This document shows, one piece after another, positions 1 through 13,459 of a DNA stretch of 64,000 nucleotides. The stretch is from Lama glama (taxonomy: Eukaryota): contig CM052817.1 in assembly GCA_028534125.1 (NCBI GenBank), positions 69,256,001-69,320,000 of the forward strand. Direction: 5' to 3'. Under the pieces are notes generated by a model. It was given only the letters and a program-made list of their open reading frames with translations. It was not told where the DNA came from and ran no database searches. The position numbers were made by a program, and so were the translations under genes. How positions within the stretch are numbered: position 1 is the stretch's first letter; every line of letters begins with the position of its first letter.

Positions 1-273
1 GTAGTCACAGATGCCCAGTTACGGCAACATGCAGAGTACACCTAAGCAAAGGAGAATCTGCCACAAGAACATGGAGGTGCCTTTGCATCACTGCAGCAAG
101 ACTTAACACTGATTCCTCTGAAGGAGCCAAGATAAATCACCTGGTAAAGGGCTACAAATAACACCAACAATATAAGTAGATGAGTACCTATATTGCAGTT
201 TTGACTAATGTAGTATAACGCCTCTTGGAAGCTGAATGATCATAGAGCAGAGAACTCTGCTGTCTAAGGACGG

Positions 274-658
274 TGTCTCAGTCGGCTCAGGCTGCTGTAA
301 CAAAGTGTGTGTACTACAACGGGAGGGGGGTTGCTTAAGCAACAGAAATGTATTTTCTTACAGTTCTGGAGGCTGGAAGTCCAAGATCAAGGTGTCAGCA
401 GGTCTGGTTTCTTCCAAGGCCTTCTTCCTTGGCTTGCAGAGGCCCTCTTCTCACTGTTCTGCCTCTCTGTCTTTGTCCAAATTCCCTCTTATCATAAGGA
501 CACATGTTGTAGTGGATTAGGCCCTATCCTAAAGATCTCACTTTAACTTAATTACCTTTAAAAAATCTTATCTCCAAATGCAGTTACGTTCTGAGGTACT
601 GGGGGTTAGGGCTTCAACATACAAATTTGAGGAGGGGGCACACAGTTCAGCCATAACA
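274..658 (-). mobile_element. MLT1-type MaLR solo LTR
   Basis: TG...CA ends; 5-bp TSD GACGG at 269-273 and 659-663; diagnostic cagttctggaggctggaagtccaagatcaaggtgtcagcagg. Confidence 0.93.
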
Positions 659-804
659 GACGGCTTTGTAGACATGGTGTAGAGAAAACATTTGGAGAAA
701 GAGTGACACTTCTGGAACTCTGCCAAAGTTCCAGAACTTATTGTGGGAAATACGTCATATGGTCACTTACAAGTGCTATTTAAATTTTTCCTATTACCGT
801 TTAC

Positions 805-920
805 CTCTAGCCTGTGTTAATGATCATAACTTCCTCACTTTCCTTCTGTGTGTGAATGATGGCTAAATATGAACCCAGCTGACTGAGTCTAAATGCGACT
901 GTCAGGATTCCAGTGGGGCC
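805..920 (-). pseudogene. Fossil exon (GPTGILTVAFRLSQLGSYLAIIHTQKESEEVMIINTG*)
   Basis: Very strong acceptor gtgttctttgttttctttttcag|G; donor gag|gtaaac; frame open until TAG at 807-809. Confidence 0.55.
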
Positions 921-1781
921 CTGAAAAAGAAAACAAAGAACACAAGCTATTTGCCAAGAAGATAGGATCGCTTCTACATTTAACAACCACACTCTCTTAA
1001 TGAAAGATGGAAACAATAAAGTACAGGAGTATATGATACAAAAATGAAATCACTGTAGATCAAAGAAAAAGGAAGCAACCATCAAAAATAGACTAATCTA
1101 GCAATCAGCAAGTTGTTCTGTCGCTAACTTAATTTGTCCACTTATTTAATTTGATTTGTTCAATTTACTCAGTAAATTAATAGTTACTTGGAATCATAGT
1201 ACCTTTAATTAATTCAAGGCAGTGCTGAATATGTGGGAGCAGAGGGAATATCTCATTTCATTGAAACTACTCATGAAATCAATTTTTAATATATGTGTAC
1301 TTTGACCATTTACTTTTTAAATTATCAAGAAATCTGAGTTAGGATAAGCTCAAATTTAGGTTAGCTTTTTAATTTTAGTTGTTATTGTTTTTTCTGAAAT
1401 CCATAAAATGTTGTTTTGGTTGTTAAATGTCAAGAATATACGTGTAGATGTGAATATACCTAAGACCAAATACTATCTCCTAGAACATAACAAATGTTTC
1501 CACGTCTTAAAACTGGGGTAGCCTTGTTCTGCAATAGAATGTTGTATGTTTTAATTAATAATAAAGGGAAATTCATAAATCTTTGATCAGTTTGCTTTTT
1601 AGTATCAAAGTGTATTATATAAATTGTATCTTATGTAATAGAATTATTCAAATTTTGAAAATGATCTATAATACTGAATATATTGCTCTCCTTCACTTAA
1701 CATTGGAACTAGCACTGGTTCCAGGGATATGCCAGCTGGGACCCATTCTAACGTGAAAATTCAAGATACATTTATAATAAC

Positions 1782-1937
1782 CTAAGCATTATCTTCAAGT
1801 TCACAGAATTATATGATATGTTTGCATAATTTTAGGAGGTCATCCATTTAAAAGCTGGCAGTTGCAAGTTCTGATCAAAAGTTGTGCTTGTTACAGTCCA
1901 ACCCTCTTCATTTTCTTTAGCCAAGTGTAGATACAGC
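1782..1937 (-). pseudogene. Fossil exon (LYLHLAKENEEGWTVTSTTFDQNLQLPAFKWMTS*NYANISYNSVNLKIML)
   Basis: Acceptor cagtcttag|g; one stop in about 51 codons; weak donor tag|gttatt. Confidence 0.35.
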
Positions 1938-2329
1938 CTAAGACTGTTAATTTTAAGTTAATTTGTATCTGTCTCTCATTTGTATCTATCTGTCCCTCAT
2001 TTGTAACACATTTTCTGGATATAACAGACATGATCATCTGATTTCTTTTTCAAAGGCCATTTAATGTTAAAATGCCTTGAGGGAAACCACTCTAAGTAAT
2101 TCCTCAACATCAGTTCATTATACTGGAGACGGAAATTGCAATCCATCATGGTATTATTCACTGATAAAAGAAGAGTTCCTATTAACTGTTAGAAATGGGC
2201 TTTAAAAAATCAGTAATCTTACATGGTTATTATTAGTCTGCAAAGGTGGGAGAGGTCCAAGTTCATGCAGCAGAGGGCAGTAATGCATATTTATCCAAGG
2301 TTAGAAAAAAATGCTAGAGAACATTACAA

Positions 2330-4565
2330 AGTAACTTTTCTGGAGAAAAGTGTTTAAAGGCCTTTACTGTACCAGTATTATAAAACGGAAGAGAACTAAA
2401 AAATGGATTCATCTACTCCTCTAGAGAAGAGGTTGCAATACCTCTCAAATCTTAGATTGCCAAAATTGAAAAAAAAATTTTTAAACCTTTCCTTTATCAA
2501 ACTACACAGAAGGAGCCATCTTCTTTGTCAAGACTTATGCAGAGCATTAAGTAGAGCATTGGTTGAATCAGCTCAGGAAATATCCACAATGAAGTTCTAT
2601 GTAACTATAAAAAGGAATAAGTAATATATCTAATATAATGCTATGCAGTGATCGCCAAGATGTATTGTTAAGTGAAAAAAGGCAAGATGGAAAACTGTAC
2701 TATCATTTAACTACAACAGGATAGTTACTAATATAAATCTGTAACTGTATTTCTATTGATTTGTCTTTCCTTGTGAGTTAAAAAAAAAAAAAGACAAACC
2801 ACCACAAGAATAAAGTGGAGGACAGGAAAAACAGGAATAGGGTGGAGGCAACCATGGAGATAAACTAGCTTTAAATTCATAGAGCTGCCTGTGTAACCAT
2901 ATAAATATTTCATGTAACTATGAAATAATTATTCATTATTGAACTATTGTCAATAATCAGATTCTTAGTGGTAGGGTTGGTATCATTACCTTGAGACTTT
3001 CCTGTGGCTTCTATGGGGCTGTAATTACTTTTGTGTGATGGTGCACCAGGATTTTTGATATTGGAGATGGGAGAAACAGATGTAAGATCTATAAGGCTAA
3101 GCATAAGTAAATCATGTATGCTGAAATTTGAATTCTCATATTACTATTAACTTCCTTCTAAAAGGATCAAGGACTCTCTTTTTGTAGAAAAGCCTAAAGT
3201 CTAAATTAGGAAATATACAGAATCAGCCTTATCATCTTGACAAATCAGATAGCAAGGAAATTATAAAACACCACTGAGATCATGTCTGAAGGACTAGAAG
3301 CCAACCTAAAGAGCCTCCCCTAGGCAAATGTTCATAAATAAGGAAACTGCAATATATTCAAACTCATAAAATAGACTTAGACCCATTAATTTATAACAGT
3401 ATTTTAAAAATCCAGTCGCCTCTGGATCATGCAAAGTAAACAGCTTATTATTTTGAAAAATTATAAAGGAGAAAAAATGAGCATTTATTCTGCCTTTCCT
3501 AGTCTCACCACACCTCAGGATAGCCAAATAAATTATAAAAGAAATCTTCTTCATATAGGAGTTAATATATGAAGAACAGATGATAGAATTAGAATATCAC
3601 CATTTTATAATCCCTAGGGAGTTATGGGATTTTTGGGGCAATCAACAATGTTTAATAACATTACAGAGGTTGAGACAGCCAAACACTGTGTGCAGCTTGA
3701 TGGCAGTACACATTACAGATGACCCTTGAACAGCGTGGGTGTGAACTACACAGGTCCATTTATACACAAAGGTTTTTCAATAAATACATACTACAGTACT
3801 ACAGCATCCAAGGTTGGTTGAATTGGCAGATGTGGAACCAAGGATATGAGGGGACAATTATAAAGTGATATGTGCATCTTTAACCACACATAGGGTTGGT
3901 GTCCCTAAAGCCCACGCTTTTAAAGGGTCAATTGTACCAGCTATCAAACTGTCTTGCCAAAAAATTAAATCTGAATCTGATCAAGCCTTCAGATTGAAGT
4001 ACAGATTTTCAGATATATAGGGAACAGAGGACCATGTTAAATAGACCATGGGGATGAAATCAGTAAAATTCTGATCATGTGCAAAACTCTGCATAGCAGA
4101 TGACTCAACTTTTACAAATAGCAACAACAACAAGAAATTGCAAGGAAAAAAGGGTGACAGAGGAAGAGACCCATAAATTAAAAGCTAATTGATACCCATT
4201 AAACAATTGTAATGCATGGATCCTATATGGATCTGATATAAGCAAACAAATTGAAAAAATTGTATGATGGATATTTGATATATTTAAGAGCTACTGTTAA
4301 TTTTTAAGGTGTAATCATGGTTTCTGTGTATGAGTTTTCTTAGAGTCTTTCATCTTTTAAAAATAAACAGTACAATATTTACAAGATGAAAAGGCTTTAG
4401 GTACAGGATTTGCTTCAAAATAACCTCAGGGGAGGGTACTAGGATGTAAGTGAAACCTGACTGGTCATGAGTTGGTAATTGTTGAAGCTGAGTGGCGTGT
4501 GCATATGAATTCATTATACTCCTCTATTTTTACAGTTTTTAAAACTTCCATAAATAAAAGTGAAA
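2330..4565 (+). mobile_element. Old L1M (L1MC/L1ME-like) 3' fragments
   Basis: Degenerate L1 3'UTR motifs (aatctgaatctgatcaagcct, gaattcattatact...ttccataaataaaa). Confidence 0.7.
3716..3934 (+). mobile_element. Tigger2-family non-autonomous DNA transposon nested in the L1
   Basis: TIRs cagatgacccttgaa / ttaaagggtcaattg; TA TSD. Confidence 0.9.
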
Positions 4566-4599
4566 ACAGCCATAACCATAACACATTTAAGGCAAGACC

Positions 4600-4824
4600 T
4601 CCATTTATACAAACAGGTGGCCTTTGGGGCAAAATATCTTCATGAATATTAATTATATCATTTTATATTCCTCAAAACTTTTCAAGAGAACCAAAAACAT
4701 TGAAACATTAGGCCTGTAACTTTCTTAAAGTCCTCATGAGGAATTAACCCCTTCTAAATTCTTCTGCAATGACAAGTTGGCTTCAGAACCACTATCCATT
4801 TATATTTCTTACCAGGAGACATAT
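4600..4824 (-). pseudogene. Fossil exon (MSPGKKYKWIVVLKPTCHCRRI*KGLIPHEDFKKVTGLMFQCFWFS*)
   Basis: Acceptor catgcttgttctag|a; coding-like frame; 3' end undefined, close to an old L1 fragment. Confidence 0.35.
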
Positions 4825-5289
4825 CTAGAACAAGCATGTTTTGAGTTTTTTAAAATGACATCCAATTTCAACACTATACTTTTGCTTCGATAATAACACT
4901 TTACACAGCGTGTCCTGATTTAGTTTGGGGGGAAAATATTCAGTGTACTCAGATCCCAAGGCAATGCATTTTATAGTGTGGAATGGATAGTGGTAATTCA
5001 GGTTTAGAAGCTAGAGGAGAAAAAAAAATGAGAATGCCCCAGAAATAGTTGTATAAGAAGATAATTCCTGTACAAATGTACAAAATAATGCTATTGATAC
5101 TAGGATTCACCTTTGAGAGGTAAGTCTGACAACTGGATTAAATTTTTTAAGAGGAAGTATACCTATAAGTGGACACGTACTGAATTGGATGCCCAGACCC
5201 CCACCTCCTTCGCAGAGAGTAGTTTTCTCCAAGAACAGCCTCTCATCTCATCTACAGTTCTTTATTTTTGTATTGTATGGTATGTGATT

Positions 5290-5643
5290 CTTTTTTTACT
5301 GAAGCATATTTGATGTACATTATTGTGTTAGGTTCAGGCGTACATCAAAGTGATTCAGTTATAAACATTTTTCAGACTATTTTCCATTATAGATTATTAC
5401 AAGATATTGGATATAATTCCCTGTGCTATACAGTGAATCCTTGTTATTTATCTATTTTATGTATAGTAGTTTGTATCTGTTAATCCATACTCCTAATTTG
5501 TCCCTCACCTCTCCCTCTTTCCTTTGGTCACCGTAAATTTGTTTTCTATGTCTGGAAGTCTGTTTCTGTTTTGTATATAGATTCATTTATATTATTTTTT
5601 AGATTCCACACATAAGTGATATCATATAATATTTGTCTTTCTT
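5290..5643 (-). mobile_element. L1 3' end (L1MA-like / artiodactyl L1)
   Basis: Poly-T followed by antisense L1 3'UTR (tttagattccacacataagtgatatcata). Confidence 0.9.
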
Positions 5644-6102
5644 TAGCTGCAGAACAAATTTTCTGGCAGTCATGTTGCTACAACACCATTTGCCTCTGCC
5701 TTATGGTACACAGATTTGGTGTTGCATCTGACCCAATCAGGCCATTGAGCCCCTTCCTTCCCTGTGAAACTTGCAATTAGCACAAAAATACTAGTCTAAT
5801 TCTGTTTGTGTTTTGATATAAGAAGATGCAAATCCAGAAGCTGTTGGTAATATTTTTTGTCTTGTGGGCAGGAAGGAAAGAAAGTCAGTCTTTGGTGAGA
5901 GAGACTGATGCAGAAGAGCAGAGAGAGGAGAAGATGAATGACGGAGATAGGGACTTACTAGGTGATATTAAAAATGAGAGATTAGATATTCAGATGGATG
6001 TATGGATAGATGGATAAGGAGGTAAAAAGACATATAGCAAGACAGAGACAGAACAAAAGAGGTCCATGAGTGGTTGTCACATACAAATAACTGCAGCTTT
6101 TA

Positions 6103-6128
6103 TGTGTGTGTGTGTGTGTGTGTGTGTA
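6103..6128. repeat. (TG)n microsatellite
   Basis: Direct reading. Confidence 0.95.
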
Positions 6129-6930
6129 TAGTTAAATGAGAAAAGCAAAATGCAGAAAAACATAATCTGTGTTTGTGTGTGTATCTGCACAAGCTGATCA
6201 TTAAAATGAAACTCATACTCCCAATGCCGGTTTTATCTAATGTTCATTTCACTTCAGGACTGAGGGAAATGGGTTGGTGAAGGGTATTTTTTTATTACAC
6301 CTATTTCAATATTATTTAAATTTTTATAGCTCATTTGTGTTTTGTTTTGTTTATGTAAATGTTAAGATATACTTATATTCCCATATTACTTGAATGGGAA
6401 GAAAAACAAAATTTAAAACTGTTAATATCTAGGAAACACTGAGCAAGAACTCAGGGCCTTCAAAACAATGAGTAAAAGACATAAAATTCTGTCAATTAAA
6501 ATTTTATCAATTCTTAACTTTACTGCTAAAAAAACAAGTAACAGCATAAGACCCATTTTTGGAATGTAATATTTTATTTCCTTTCATAGACCTGCTCTCT
6601 TGTGTTTACTTAGGCTAACACTAAATAAATTGCTATTCCCTAAGCATTCACATTCCCTGAAAGAAAGAAGCCATAAATTGTGTCACTTAGTGACAGAGGC
6701 AGGGCTGGGAATAAATACTCAGGACAGAAAATTTAAAATATATTATATCAAGAGTAGGAACTCTGATTTTCTGGTTTTGTCATTTTTTCCCAAAATACTT
6801 TAGCTCCATCAACTGGGTTTCATATTAACATAAGTCTATAAAACTAAATGATTATATATAAATTACAATTGACAATTGACAAACACATTTAGTAAAAGCT
6901 GATCTTGAATAAATGTTATCAGCTAGTTAC

Positions 6931-7231
6931 CTCACAGTGATGCAATCAAGCCTTTTTGTTTATTGAACATTCTGATCAATAACTGGTCCACAGTTGCCTA
7001 GGGCATCAGTAGCCAGATCCAAACCAAACTTCATCCCAACTTCACTTAAGTACCATTTCCAACAAATTCCACTCAAGTAAGGTCTGTGCATTTTCCTTCT
7101 TGGACGCTAGAGGGAGACTGTTTGCAGTTATCCACTTTTAGGCATATTTTGCAGTAAGGCTTTGTACTTTTTATCATCATCCAGTCTGTGGCTGCGTAAA
7201 GTCACACATAGCAGCTTCCCATCCTTAAGCC
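6931..7231 (-). pseudogene. Fossil exon (GLKDGKLLCVTLRSHRLDDDKKYKALLQNMPKSG*...FGLDLATDALGNCGPVI)
   Basis: Acceptor ttttcctgatag|g; donor gag|gtaact; phase-1 start matches the phase-1 end of the 8028 donor. Confidence 0.55.
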
Positions 7232-7509
7232 CTATCAGGAAAACACATCTTTATGAGCATCCTTCTATCATACATGGGAGTGATACCAATTTAGAAAATA
7301 GTTCACATTTATTTATAAAATGAGATTATAAACTGAGGAAATTTAAGGTAGGTAAAAATGGCACTGAACCAAACGAGACCATAGCTTAGAATGTGTTAAT
7401 CTAATCATATTTACATATTTATTTTTAAAAGTGTAATAGCTAAACTCTTAGAACCTCAGAGGATACAACCAATTTGTACTAAAGTATTGTGGTAGAAAAT
7501 ATACAGTGA

Positions 7510-7940
7510 TACCCTCTGTGTTCTCATCTCCCCCTGCTCTCCTTATTTATTCAGTCCCAACACACCAGCCTCACTGCTGTTGCTGAATCTCCAGACACAT
7601 TCTCACCAGGAACATCTCACTGGCTAATCCCTCTGCCCACAGCTTCTTCCTGCCAACATCATGTGGCTCATTTCCTCAGTGGTTCAAGAAGCCTTTGCCC
7701 ACATGTCATCTTCCCAATCAAGTCCACCCTACTTCAAATTGCATCACTACCGCCACATAGCCCTCCTTATTTCTAATTATTTCTATTATTCTACATGTTT
7801 TATTTATTTATTCTGTTGATTACTGCCTACATCCTTCACTAACATGCAAGCTCAGTAAGGGTGAGGATTTCAGTCTATTTTACATATCAATGTATCCCAC
7901 ACACCTATATTAATGCCTTACATGTAGAAGGTACTAAAGG
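7510..7940 (+). mobile_element. L2 LINE 3' fragment
   Basis: Degenerate L2 3' end motifs. Confidence 0.7.
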
Positions 7941-8027
7941 TTAAAAGGCTTAATTAAATCCTCTTCAATTCAATTCAATAAAACATTATTGCTTTGTACT
8001 TGAATTTAATGTTTTTCATGATCTTAC

Positions 8028-8671
8028 CGTCTGTTATGGAATGAGTTTCTCCTACCAGAAAAACTCGCAAAGATAATAATATTATCTTTCTTTAACATAG
8101 AATCTTACTCCACAAGCACTGATGGATAGCTATCATGTCTGTCTTCCTTGTGGTTTGACGCTTGAAATCCCTTCATTTAAAAGAAAATCTATGAATAACA
8201 AATGGTTTTGTCATTTTTTCCTCTTCTCTTATATCCATTATAATGTATCTGTATTTTTCCATTGGAGTTGAAGAGATATAAACAATGGCTTCGAGTAAGA
8301 GTAACCACAGGCAAAATTGTGAAGTTAGACCAAGTAACTCTTTGATGCTGTGCCAACAAAAATCATTTAATATTCCACCTCCCTTAGACACTGTCCCTTG
8401 GAACACTGTTTTATCACTAGCCATCAGCTAACCCCTGCTAGAGCACCAACTCTGAGTAGCTTAAGATACTACTGCTCTAAGGGTATATCTGTGTCCGAAT
8501 AAAACTGGAAAACTCCAAGACCCCTAGGATCCAGAAAAGTACTCTGTCACGTAGTGGGAGGGAATATTTGGGACCAAGAGGAAATATCCAGGTACTCTTT
8601 GAATCATATCACATGAACAGTCTCCGCTCCTAAGACTGTCACTGGATGAATGATTTTTGAATTGGTGGATC
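8028..8671 (-). pseudogene. Fossil exon with a degenerate NTPase core (RVGALAGV/LMASDKTVF; GILNDFCWH; KPFVIH; LRVFLVGET)
   Basis: Acceptor cttccaaatag|g; strong donor acg|gtaaga; includes ORF 8173-8424; motifs appear in Walker A, strand 2, Walker B, sensor order across frameshifts. Confidence 0.55.
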
Positions 8672-8799
8672 CTATTTGGAAGATTATGCACTATCAGTGC
8701 GTAAGAATGTGTAGATCAACAGGCCATAACTGAGAAGAACAAAGGTATAATAACTGGGATGGGCAGGCGAAGCCAGAATAAATACAGAAACGGCTGAAG

Positions 8800-9290
8800 T
8801 ATGGAATATATATAGGGGATATCTTTGCTTAAGCCTCCTAGCACCACCTGTCCTTCTCCTTGTAGTAAAAGCATCTTGGTTTTCCTCTGTGAAACTGCCC
8901 AGTCCCCCTTGTCCCATTCTTACTTCATGTCACTTCAGTAGTGGACACAGACCCAGACCTTGCAACTGAGGGCTTTCTGACCCAGGTGACAGAAACTGAT
9001 CCTTAGCAGCACGGTCAGACATTTGCTGGAAACATTGATAATGAGAAGTTTTCCTTTTGTCAAGATTTCTGAACTGGAAGAGTATAAGATAGGAGAGAAC
9101 CTACCTAAGAAAGAAGGCTCTCCAAGAGGAAAGCAGAGTCAAGAGACAAAGAGAGAAGAATTCCTACTCATGATTTGAGCCAGACCCAAAATCTAATGTT
9201 AGAGGATCCTATTATGAGAGCCAATACATTTCCTTTTTCGCCTAAGCTAGTTCAAGGCTGGGGTCTTGTCACTTATAATCAAAATAGTCT
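8800..9290 (+). mobile_element. Old MLT1 (J/K-like) LTR
   Basis: 3' motif tatgagagccaatacatttcctttttcgcctaagctagttcaag...cttgtcacttataatcaaaatagtctgac. Confidence 0.7.
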
Positions 9291-9699
9291 GACAAAAAAT
9301 ATACTGAATTTGGAATAAATAAGAGCACAAGTTGAAAAGATTCCAGACTAGGGACATTTGCTACTTGAGCAAATAAGAATATTTTCCATTAAGTTCAAGC
9401 TTAACACATGCTGGAGTTCAGGTTTTATTGGGACCAAGATGTTTGAGAATTTACTAGAGAACATCTGACATGACAACCATGTGAAAAAAAAGTTGTTATG
9501 ATTTTCTAATATGGAAATACACCTTAAGATCGAAACGTTCTTTTTCAGATTAAAATGTATGTATTTTATTACTCACATACTCTGCATCTGGTAATTTTAT
9601 AGAAAATGGAACTGTGAGGAGAATCTCTTTCACTCTTATAATACCTCTCAGGTATTATCAAATTTATAAATACTTTTTGATTTTTAAATACCTCTTAGG

Positions 9700-10255
9700 A
9701 TTATTAGGTTGCAATTGACAAAAATTCACTCAAGCCTGCATAGAAAATTTGAAGCAGGTAGTAGAAGAAATTTGATAGCATCTGAGAGTAAGACAAAAAA
9801 GCACAGGGCAGCTTGGTCGCAGGGACCCAGACCTAACAGCTGACAACCAGACCACTCCCTCTGCTTTCTTGTCTCCTGTTCTTGCCTAGCTTTGTGCTCC
9901 TGACTCATTCCACAGCTTTTTTCCTGAAAACTACCTTTCTTTGCTGACTCGTCGCTGTCTTCTCTCTGTGGCTGTCTTTGGTGCTTTTTAGAGCCAACTT
10001 TCAGTCATATCTCTTTGTTATCTTGGGACTCAGTTTTTCTTAGCTGGATGATTTATTCAGTTTGATCTTTCTAAATTCCAAATTCCTGGCTAAGAGAATC
10101 TTTTTGGGTTCCTTCAGGGGCAGGGTCACCTGGTATAAAGAACCTACCTAGGTTCATCATCTCCCAGAGTGGAAGCTTCCAGGGGGCACAGGTACTTTTC
10201 AGAAAGGATGTGATCATGGAGGCAAGGATTAATTTTTCTAGTGTAGAAACTAATG
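9700..10255 (-). mobile_element. Old MLT1-like LTR (partly nested)
   Basis: Antisense LTR end ttaggttgcaattgacaaaaattcactcaa; degenerate. Confidence 0.55.
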
Positions 10256-10698
10256 TAAAAACAATCCCGATTACCACAAGAATACTTATACATTCTTTCT
10301 CTCTGGGGAAACAGGGTAAAACCACAGGAGAGAGCATTAAGAAACAAACAGTAATGATCTGAATCATTAATTCATACTCTAAGGGTATTACTGCATGATT
10401 TGTGTTCCCTTCAGAGGGCTTTGGTTTCTATTAAGAGTTAACTAAAATATATGTACCTTAGAAGATTCATTAGACATGTTTGAAATTATTCAGTCCATTA
10501 TGTTTTATGAAGTCTAAAATCAATAGTATTACCTCTATAACATTCATAGGTATGTGGTATAAATATATTTCAGAACTAAATAAAGATTTTAGAAACAAGC
10601 CAGACATTACATTCACTCTGATAATTGTTTAGAGATGTTGGTTTCACCGGAAAGTTTGGGGGTGGGAGGAAGGAAACGAGAAAACATCAATGACTAAC

Positions 10699-11519
10699 CT
10701 AGAAGATCAACTGAAAAATTCAAAATTGTTTCTGATGTCACAACGGAGATAACTTCTCAAGACATCATAAAATAATTTAAAACATATTCATACAGCTATA
10801 GATAATATTTAACTCAAACAAAGAAATTGTAACCATACAAAATCGAATGTGTCTGATTTGGGTTTAGGGAATCTTTATGACCTAATACACAAAGCAGTTT
10901 TGGAGGAAAGTAAAGCAAAAATTTTAAGCTCTCCAAGATCTGAAATTTTTTCTGAAGTGTGACATATTGAAATAATCTCTACTAAAAGGGGCACTGATGA
11001 GGCAATCGAGTAAATGATATTATTCCAGAAGATGAAAGAGGCAAATGATGTATTAAAGAATCAATAATATAAACAATGTAAAATAAATAGTGTACCGTAC
11101 CTGCTATAACTGTTTAGGGTTCCTATAGCGCTTGGTATTCCAAGCTTATAAAGGTGATTATGGTAATTTTACTAATCAAGCAATTTGAACATGAAAGTAT
11201 TCTTATGTTTAAATACAGAAAACATCTTTTGAGGAACAGATTGATTAAAGGAACTCTAAAATTTTCATTCCTTGGGGCACACATTCTGTTCTCTACCTGT
11301 AGTCCTTGGTTTGCTTAATCTCCTCAGTGCACAAAAATTAGTGTTTCCAGAGTCCACACTGAGAGAGAGGAATTGACTCACCCCTGTAATAAGCCAGAAA
11401 ATTGAGAAGGCTCTGAAGTAAACTCTAATCAACCCATCTCTCCATACTATGAGGTGAATATTTAAATAATCACTGTAGGAGATAACACAGGATTGGTTTA
11501 AATAGTTAAAATCCAATTC
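10699..11519 (-). pseudogene. Fossil exon (ELDFNYLNQSCVIS...FRAFSIFWLITGVSQFL.../...KFLLYFPPKLLCVLGHK...)
   Basis: Acceptor tgtcctcttcctcag|g in frame with ORF 11265-11591 and with the phase-0 end of exon 12612; donor tag|gttagt; long frames with few stops. Confidence 0.5.
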
Positions 11520-12611
11520 CTGAGGAAGAGGACATTTCTCCTCATAAGAGCCACGTATCATTTGTAGGATTAGAAAAATGTTAGGATTCATTCTTATTTA
11601 AATGAATTACTAAAGTGCAAAATCACAATAAATCAAAGTAAATATATCAGAATTTTATAATAGTGGTCACTCCAATTATATATAGCATTTCAAATGACTG
11701 AGTAATAAATTCAGCTTTAGGGTGGCCAAGAAATGCTTCCAAGCAGATGATATTTGACTTAAGGTTTGAGGAATGAATAGGAAATAGTGAACTGGAGGAA
11801 GGTGACAGAGGCCACAGGAATGACAAAGACACTGAGCCACAAACATGATGGCAGGAATCCTGCATGGGTGGAGCACAGAGTCTACTGGGTACAAATGGGC
11901 AGAGGTTGTCAAGCAACGACACCAAGAAAACAGTCTCAGGTGTAGACAAGAGAGCCCCACTGACCTACTTTACAGTTTCAGGTGTGCCCAGTTATGTTCC
12001 TCTGAAAGTTTTCTTTCCTTAAACATAGACAACTCCAAGAATATCACCTGTCTTTGCTCAGACGCTCCCTTCATCAAATATTAAACAGGACTTTTAATAC
12101 TCAGAACAGTGCTCACAGGGCTGGTTCTTCTCCTGCAGTTATGTCTTTCCAGGACACAAGTGCATCCAGACACTTGGCTAGCCTACATGCCTAACACCAC
12201 GCAGCAGGCTGATGGTGTTAAATACATGTTAAATGAAAAAAGAAACAAACACTAAGCAGTAACTTTCTGCATATTTTACTAGGCCTTGTACTGAAAATTA
12301 ATAAAAATTTGGCATCAAAACAAAACCTGTTATATAATCATCATGGTTAATAATGAGATAACTAAAATGCATTGACAATTCATGGTCTAAAGTGTCCTTC
12401 TGACTTGTTTGTCTAAAAATAATAGGGCCTTAGTCTGCAAGTCACAAGAACTCTGCTACTAACTAGGTGTGTGACCCTAGACAAGTAACTGAACCTCATC
12501 TTTAAAACAACTAACATGAACGTCCCTTTAAATTCTGTAATATAACAGGATGCAGAGATCACTTTACTTTAAATATAATTTTAAATCTATTAAAATATTT
12601 GTGTATCTTAC

Positions 12612-12679
12612 TTGTTTGCCATTATCCAGAAAAGGATTTAGTTCTGTATAGTGAAATTGTTTTTGACTTTTTGCCTTAA
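12612..12679 (-). pseudogene. Fossil exon, 68 bp (VKAKSQKQFHYTELNPFLDNGKQ)
   Basis: Acceptor attttctatatacag|; donor caa|gtaaga; open frame, in phase with both neighbours. Confidence 0.65.
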
Positions 12680-13459
12680 CTGTATATAGAAAATTATTTT
12701 ACTGTTGTTAATATGTGGTCATATCATTAATCATATATATGTATACATCTTGCTCATCTTGCTTTTTTCTATCTCTTATAAGAGAGTATAGGAAAAACTT
12801 AGTATTAACATTCTAATGCAGGTGTTTTGGAAGTTGATAAAGTAAAAAAGTTTAAAAGTTGAAAATAAGGAGGAGAGATATATGGAATTCAGTTATTAAA
12901 TTATATATTCTCACCTTTATCTTTTCAAAACAAATGAAGGTAGTTAAACAACAACATAGTATATGATATTCCAAAGAACAGCCTTTCTGTCTTTGCTGAA
13001 TTTATTTATCAGAGGAACAACAGAGAGAAAATAAATCTTTTAAATTCAGGCTACTTCCTTAGGGACAATTAAATCTAGGATATTTATATAACAACTTAGG
13101 TAGGGAAGCACTGTACACTCAGACAGAATTTTTCATTACAGGAAAAGTAAATAACTTAAACACACCCAACAGGAAAACATTCATCAGAAAACGCAGAACA
13201 GTCAGGAAACTTTTCACCAAGAGCTTAAAGCTGCATGTGAAGCAGAAGTAATTCACTGCCAAGAGTTTAGAGATTTAAAAACATAGTAACAACAATGCTA
13301 GCTTTTTAAAGCAGAAAACATGAATGTATTACAAAGAAAACATTTTCAAAATCATGGCTTAGCCAAAAGTTATCACTGATCATTTGTTGTGGAAATGGAC
13401 ATGTAGACAATGTCTTCAAAACGTGTTAACTAAAAGTAATAGTAATGACTCAAGAACTC

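Noticed and set aside
1961..2005. Short tandem duplication (atttgtatct...ctcatttgta); similar ones at ~39537, ~51598 and ~59606
   Set aside because: Ordinary replication-slippage duplications.
8460..8500. HRYTLRAVVS as a USP His-box lead-in
   Set aside because: No following H-x-G...GHY and no Cys box; other frames fit the surrounding motif order better.
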